Part shown: piece by piece, positions 59,147 through 64,000 of the stretch
Layout: each line of letters begins with the position of its first letter
Position numbering within the stretch: position 1 is the stretch's first letter
DNA from: Candidatus Latescibacterota bacterium
GTDB taxonomy: Bacteria > Latescibacterota > UBA2968 > UBA8231
DNA: 64,000 bases
Assembly: GCA_965204725.1 (NCBI GenBank)
Contig: OZ242005.1
Location: 576,001 to 640,000, forward strand
Direction of reading: 5' to 3'
Program-made: the position numbers and the translations under genes
Notes under the pieces: generated by a model
Seen by the model: only the letters and a program-made list of their open reading frames with translations
Database searches by the model: none
What the model was told of the DNA's origin: nothing

Positions 59147-59154
59147 GCAACGCA

Positions 59155-60603
59155 ATGCACGCGGCCGTTGCATTTCGGGTGCTGGGCGTCCTGCTGACGT
59201 TGTTTAGCGTCACTATGTTAGTCCCCGCGGGCGTGTCGCTCCTCTACCGCGATGGCGCGGCCAACGCCTTTCTGTCGGCCTTTGCCATTACGCTCGTCAC
59301 CGGCTTGGCGTGCTGGTTGCCCGTGCGCCGGCAGCGCGCCGAGTTGCGGATTCGGGATGGCTTTTTGGTAACGGTCTTGTTCTGGGCCGTCTTGGGCTTG
59401 TACGGCGCCTTTCCCCTGATGTTGTCCGACCAGCCCCAACTGAGCGTCACCGACGCCGTATTTGAGTCCCTCTCGGGCTTGACCACGACCGGGGCCACGG
59501 TCATCGAAGGGCTAGACGACCTGCCGCGCTCCATCTTGTTATACCGTCAGCAACTCCAGTGGTTGGGCGGCATGGGCATCATCGTCCTCGCCCTTGCCGT
59601 GTTGCCCATGCTCGGCGTCGGCGGGATGCAGCTTTTTCGCGCCGAGATCACCGGCCCCATGAAGGATTCAAAGCTGACCCCGAGAATCACCCAGACCGCC
59701 AAGGCACTTTGGTACATCTACTTGAGTTTAACCGCAGCCTGTGCCGTGGCCTATTGGCTGGCTGGCATGACGCCATTCGACGCCATCGCCCACAGCTTTG
59801 CCACAGTTTCCATCGGCGGTTTTTCAACCCACGACGCCAGCATCGGCTTTTTTAACAGCCAAGCCATCGAGCTGGTCGCCGTCTTTTTTATCATAATATC
59901 GGGCATCAACTTCACGTTGCACTTTTACGCCTTTCGCCAGCGGTCTCTACACCCGTATCGCACCGACTCCGAATGCCGCGCTTACCTGACCATTTTGCTC
60001 GCCACCGCCCTCGTCGCCGCGCTAATACTCTTTACCCACGACGAGCACGACGCCATCGCCTCCCTGCGCTACGGCCTCTTCGCCACCGTGTCCATCGTCA
60101 CCACCACCGGCTTTAGCATTGCCGACCATTCGGTCTGGCCCAGCGTTCTGCCGTTTTTATTGTTCCTCGGCTCGTTTGTCGGGGGGTGCGCCGGCTCAAC
60201 AGCCGGGGGCATCAAAACGATGCGCCTGTTGCTCATTCTAAAACAGGGGAGCCGCGAGATCACGCGCCTGATTCACCCCAACGCCGTCCTCCCCATTAGG
60301 GTGGGGCAACGGTCGGTTCCCGATCGGGTCATGGAAGCGGTGTGGGGGTTTTTCTCGATGTACGTGCTGACGTTCACGATCATGTTCATCGCCGTGCTCG
60401 CCACCGGCTTGGACCTGACGACGTCCTTTTCAGCGGTGGCCGCCTGCATCAACAACTTAGGCCCGGGCCTCGGGCAAGTCGTTCACCACTACGGCGACAT
60501 CAATTCGGTCGCCAAGTGGATTCTGTGTTTTGCCATGCTGATTGGGCGGCTGGAGGTTTTCACGCTCTTGGTGCTGTTCAGCCCGGGGTTTTGGCGCAAG
60601 TAA
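59155..60603 (+). CDS. trkH: Trk potassium uptake membrane subunit
   Basis: FESLSGLTTTGAT, QWLGGMGII, SIGGFS, TTTGF, GSTAGGIK, NNLGPG, GRLE. Confidence 0.95.
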   Translation: MHAAVAFRVLGVLLTLFSVTMLVPAGVSLLYRDGAANAFLSAFAITLVTGLACWLPVRRQRAELRIRDGFLVTVLFWAVLGLYGAFPLMLSDQPQLSVTDAVFESLSGLTTTGATVIEGLDDLPRSILLYRQQLQWLGGMGIIVLALAVLPMLGVGGMQLFRAEITGPMKDSKLTPRITQTAKALWYIYLSLTAACAVAYWLAGMTPFDAIAHSFATVSIGGFSTHDASIGFFNSQAIELVAVFFIIISGINFTLHFYAFRQRSLHPYRTDSECRAYLTILLATALVAALILFTHDEHDAIASLRYGLFATVSIVTTTGFSIADHSVWPSVLPFLLFLGSFVGGCAGSTAGGIKTMRLLLILKQGSREITRLIHPNAVLPIRVGQRSVPDRVMEAVWGFFSMYVLTFTIMFIAVLATGLDLTTSFSAVAACINNLGPGLGQVVHHYGDINSVAKWILCFAMLIGRLEVFTLLVLFSPGFWRK

Positions 60604-60644
60604 TATCCGCGACCTAAGTACTGTTGCCGCTGCGTCCGGGATCC

Positions 60645-61223
60645 TTAGGAGGCTGGAGGCTGGTGTCGTGTAGTAATATCCGCGACGATGGCGGCCAGTG
60701 CTTCCCACAGGTAAGCCGCCAAGCTGTAATCGACCCACAGGCGGTACGCGCGCTGCCCATCCTCGCTGCGCGGCAGGACCGCACAAGCCGCACCCGCCAC
60801 CTGCGTGTACACCATCCGTCCTGCCGGCGCACGGGCCAAATCCACCGCGCAAGCCTGCGCCCAAATGCCCGCGGTCGCATGGCCGCGCACCACCAAGGTC
60901 GCCGACTGCTGCTCCACCCGATACACGCCGGCCTCGGCCGCGTCCAACGCCGCGTTCAGCCGCGCCCAGAGCGCGTCTTGGGGTCGGCACTCCAAGATCA
61001 GTTCGCCCGCACCCACCCGCGCCAAAACCCCGTCCGCGCCCACGAGCCGCGTGTCGTATATCCGCGCTGGCAATCCGAGCGTGTGCTGCTCGGCCCACTC
61101 GACCAAGCGCGGACCTTTGGCCCCGATCTGGACCGTATCAACCGGATGGTGCAAGGCGGCCTGCACCGCAGCCGGTGCGTCGGCGACGAGATGAGCGATG
61201 GGACTTTGGCGCGTCGCGGTCAT
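60645..61223 (-). CDS. Sarcosine oxidase gamma-subunit-like protein
   Basis: [36 protein letters not shown]; ATGA overlap with the hsdR stop. Confidence 0.65.
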   Translation of the reverse strand: MTATRQSPIAHLVADAPAAVQAALHHPVDTVQIGAKGPRLVEWAEQHTLGLPARIYDTRLVGADGVLARVGAGELILECRPQDALWARLNAALDAAEAGVYRVEQQSATLVVRGHATAGIWAQACAVDLARAPAGRMVYTQVAGAACAVLPRSEDGQRAYRLWVDYSLAAYLWEALAAIVADITTRHQPPAS

Positions 61224-63433
61224 CCGCTCCATCCTTCCGACAGCACTTCGGCCTGGGCTAGGACGGTCTGGGTGGCGTTTTCTCGCTGGTCTGGCGGGTA
61301 GCCGTGGCGTTTCAGGGTGCGCTTGACCAACACGCGCAACTTTGCCCGCACGTTCTCCCGCAGCATCCCCACCAAGCCGCCCGGCTTATCCCTGAACACG
61401 CGGTTGACGCGGGCAATGGCCTGCATCAGTCCGTGTCCGCGCATGGGCTTATCTACATACATCGTATGCAGGCTTGGCGCGTCAAAGCCCGTCAGCCATA
61501 GATCGCGGACTATCACGACGCGGAACGGGTCGGCCGCGTCGCGGAACCGCTTGGCGAGGGCTTCCCGCCGGGGCTTGCTGCGAATGTGCGGCTGCCATTT
61601 CAGCGGATCGGACGCCGCTCCGGTCATCACTACCTTGACCGCGCCCTGCATGTCGTCCTCGCGGTGCCAGTCGGGGCGCAGGCGCACCAATTCGCGGTAG
61701 AGCGCGATGCAAATGCGGCGGCTCATGCAGACGACCATGGCCTTGCCCTCCAGCACGGCCAAGCGTTGCCCAAAGTGTTCTACGATGTCTTGGGCGATCA
61801 GCCGCACACGCTGGTCCGCGCCGACGATGGCCTCTAGCTGGGCCCAACGAGCCTTGAGCTTTTCCTTGCGCTCGATTTCCTCGCCCTCGGTGGCCTCTTC
61901 AAAACCCGAGTCGATGCGCGGTCGCTCCCCCTCGTCAAGGGCCAGTTTAGCGAGCCTGCTCTCGTAGTAGATCGGCACGGTCGCCCCATCCTCGACCGCA
62001 CGTTGGATGTCGTAGATGCTGATGTAATTGCCGAACACAGCGCGGGTGTTGGCGTCCTGCTGCTCAATCGGGGTGCCGGTGAAGCCAACGAAGGAAGCCT
62101 GCGGCAGCGCGTCGCGCAGATGGCGGGCGAACCCGTCGATGAAGTCGTACTGGCTGCGATGCGCTTCGTCGGCAATGACCACGATGTTGCGCCGGGCGGA
62201 AAGCAGCGGATGCACGTCGCCCTTTTCTTCGGGAAAAAACTTCTGAATGGTCGTAAAGACCACGCCGCCCGATTCGACCGCCAGCTTGCGGCGCAAATCG
62301 GCCCGGCTGGTGGCCTGCACTGGCGGCTGGCGCAGCAGGGCTTGGCAACGCGCAAATGTGCTGAAGAGCTGGTCGTCGAGGTCGTTGCGGTCGGTGAGCA
62401 CGACGACCGTTGGATTCTCCATGGCCGGCTCGCGGATGACGGCCCCCGCGTAAAAGGCCATGGTCAGGCTCTTGCCCGACCCTTGGGTATGCCAGACGAC
62501 GCCAATGCGCCGGTCGCCGCGCTCGCCCCCGGGGGACTGACCCGTTTCGTACCGCCCTTGCGTCTCGGCGGCGCGCTCATCGGCCTGCTGCACCGCTCGC
62601 AGGGTCTCGCCCACGGCCACCCGCACCGCGTGGAACTGGTGATAGCCGGCCATCTTCTTGGCGAGCGCACCGCCGCCGCTGTCCTCAAACGCGATGAAGT
62701 CGCGCACGAGATCGAGAAAGCGACGCGGCTCGAATACGCCTTCAATCAGCACTTGCAGCTCGGGTAGGGAGGCTGGGGCGAGCCCTTCGCCAGCGACCGT
62801 GCGCCACGGCTTGAACCACTCCCACCCGCTGGTCAGCGTCCCGATCCTCGCCTCAACTCCGTCCGATACCACTAGGGCCGCGTTCATGGCGAATAGAGCG
62901 GGCAATTCGGCCTTGTAGGTCTGAAGCTGTTGCCAAGCGGTTCGGATGGTGGCGTCTTCGTCCGCCGGGTTCTTGAGTTCGATCAGCGCTAGCGGCAGGC
63001 CGTTGACGAATAGCGCGATGTCGGGACGACGGATATATCGGTTCTCAGCGACCGTGAACTGGTTGACCGCGAGCCAGTTGTTGGCCTCTGCGTCGTCAAA
63101 GCTGACAACCTGCGCTTGCGCCCCGCGGACTGAACCGTCGCTCGCTCGGTATTCGACCGCCACGCCGTTCACCAGCATAAGATGGAAGGCGCGGTTGCGC
63201 GTTTCGAGGGTTGCGCCCTCCGGGCGGGTCAGCTTGCGGCGGGCGTCGTCAAGCGCACTATCGGGCAACGCGGGATTCAGCCGAGCCAAGGCGTCCCGCA
63301 GCCGTTGCTCCAAGACGACCTGACCGTAGTCGGTGCGCTCCGCTGCGGCAGCACCGGGGGCAATCGTCCAGCCGAGGCTTTCGAGATAAGCGAGGGCCGC
63401 GTCTTCGACGGTGGCTTCGGTGAAGGGGGTCAA
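61220..63433 (-). CDS. hsdR: Type I restriction endonuclease subunit R with large in-frame C-terminal deletion (possible pseudogene)
   Basis: RPD...[40 protein letters not shown]; jumps from DKPGGLV directly to LRENVRAKL. Confidence 0.88.
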   Translation of the reverse strand: MTPFTEATVEDAALAYLESLGWTIAPGAAAAERTDYGQVVLEQRLRDALARLNPALPDSALDDARRKLTRPEGATLETRNRAFHLMLVNGVAVEYRASDGSVRGAQAQVVSFDDAEANNWLAVNQFTVAENRYIRRPDIALFVNGLPLALIELKNPADEDATIRTAWQQLQTYKAELPALFAMNAALVVSDGVEARIGTLTSGWEWFKPWRTVAGEGLAPASLPELQVLIEGVFEPRRFLDLVRDFIAFEDSGGGALAKKMAGYHQFHAVRVAVGETLRAVQQADERAAETQGRYETGQSPGGERGDRRIGVVWHTQGSGKSLTMAFYAGAVIREPAMENPTVVVLTDRNDLDDQLFSTFARCQALLRQPPVQATSRADLRRKLAVESGGVVFTTIQKFFPEEKGDVHPLLSARRNIVVIADEAHRSQYDFIDGFARHLRDALPQASFVGFTGTPIEQQDANTRAVFGNYISIYDIQRAVEDGATVPIYYESRLAKLALDEGERPRIDSGFEEATEGEEIERKEKLKARWAQLEAIVGADQRVRLIAQDIVEHFGQRLAVLEGKAMVVCMSRRICIALYRELVRLRPDWHREDDMQGAVKVVMTGAASDPLKWQPHIRSKPRREALAKRFRDAADPFRVVIVRDLWLTGFDAPSLHTMYVDKPMRGHGLMQAIARVNRVFRDKPGGLVGMLRENVRAKLRVLVKRTLKRHGYPPDQRENATQTVLAQAEVLSEGWSG

Positions 63434-64000
63434 GGTGTGTCCTCGTCCGGCGCATCCTCATTCAGGATGACATCTGCAATGCGCGGGTTCAGCAATCGCC
63501 AGCGTTGGCCGGTGCGCTCTAGATCGCCCTCCATGACGAGCGGCGACTTCGTCTTGTGAGCCTGTATGGCTCGCTCGTAATCGGACTGTTTTAGAACGGC
63601 CACGACCTCTTGGTTTTGCCCCTTAATGGATGCCCGCAGGGCAATGGTTCCTTCCGTATCCGTCTCGTAGCGTTTCAGCCTCTGCACGACGCCAAACAGG
63701 CGTATATCCGGTCGCGGTTCGCGCTCGCGAAATGACCGGGCAACTTGGCGCAGGATCGGCGCATCGTGAGCGGCGAAGCGAACGACGTTCCGGGCGGTAC
63801 TCATCGGATGGGTGCGCGCCCAAACCAGACTGATGTCGAGGGTTGGGAACGGCTCAATTAGCTTGACGAGTGCCTCGCACAAATTGGCACTCACTCCACG
63901 CGCTACGGCTTCCGAGAAAGCACCAGCGTCCCCGCCAACCGTTTTTTCGGTCGCCTCGCGGGTCGCTGCCAGCGCATCCGCCAGACGCCTTGTCACCTGT
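63430..64000 (-). CDS. Hypothetical protein of the type I RM locus, 5'-truncated by window edge
   Basis: Open frame to the window end; TTGA overlap with the hsdR start; [10 protein letters not shown]. Confidence 0.6.
   Translation of the reverse strand, partial: QVTRRLADALAATREATEKTVGGDAGAFSEAVARGVSANLCEALVKLIEPFPTLDISLVWARTHPMSTARNVVRFAAHDAPILRQVARSFREREPRPDIRLFGVVQRLKRYETDTEGTIALRASIKGQNQEVVAVLKQSDYERAIQAHKTKSPLVMEGDLERTGQRWRLLNPRIADVILNEDAPDEDTP

Noticed and set aside
52810-59173. Long antisense or alternate-frame ORFs (52810-54096, 53812-55971, 58067-59173; likewise 18464-19621 and 50507-51742)
   Set aside because: Shadow ORFs typical of high-GC coding DNA, overlapping well-supported genes and lacking motifs.

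Overview
GC-rich bacterial DNA, gene-dense, with no rRNA, tRNA or CRISPR array visible. The gene content (PQQ-type propellers, two DUF6785-like membrane proteins, FlgD-Ig proteins, an SWGxIK C-terminal motif) suggests a Latescibacterota/Gemmatimonadota/Poribacteria-like organism; this is inference. Main blocks: (1) 1-19.6 kb, a conserved-looking biosynthetic/transport cluster (HemN-like radical SAM, TonB receptor, PaaK-like CoA ligase, flavin-dependent halogenase-like protein, SSS symporter, GT4, thioesterase, LolD/FtsX ABC exporter, three PQQ propellers). (2) 19.6-29.3 kb, defence cargo (PvuII-like MTase + HNH nuclease, MmeI-like enzyme, orphan HigA, unknown nuclease-like ORF). (3) 34.7-50.3 kb, an uncharacterised minus-strand envelope operon: one SWGxIK-tailed CBM9-like protein, three paralogous discoidin + FlgD/CHU_C-tailed proteins, two paralogous ~930-aa probable beta-barrels with Ca-binding motifs, and a PPIase lipoprotein. 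This is the best candidate for a new secretion or surface-assembly system. (4) 50-64 kb, SBP, CFA synthase, rhaM, trkAH, a soxG-like gene and an internally deleted hsdR. A second recurring signal: accessory cassettes sit next to decayed duplicates of the neighbouring host gene end (up to ~180-200 bp), with no integrase or transposase in the window. TA-bounded MITEs carrying REP/dRS3-like cargo are also present. All calls come from reading motifs by eye; no database search was run.
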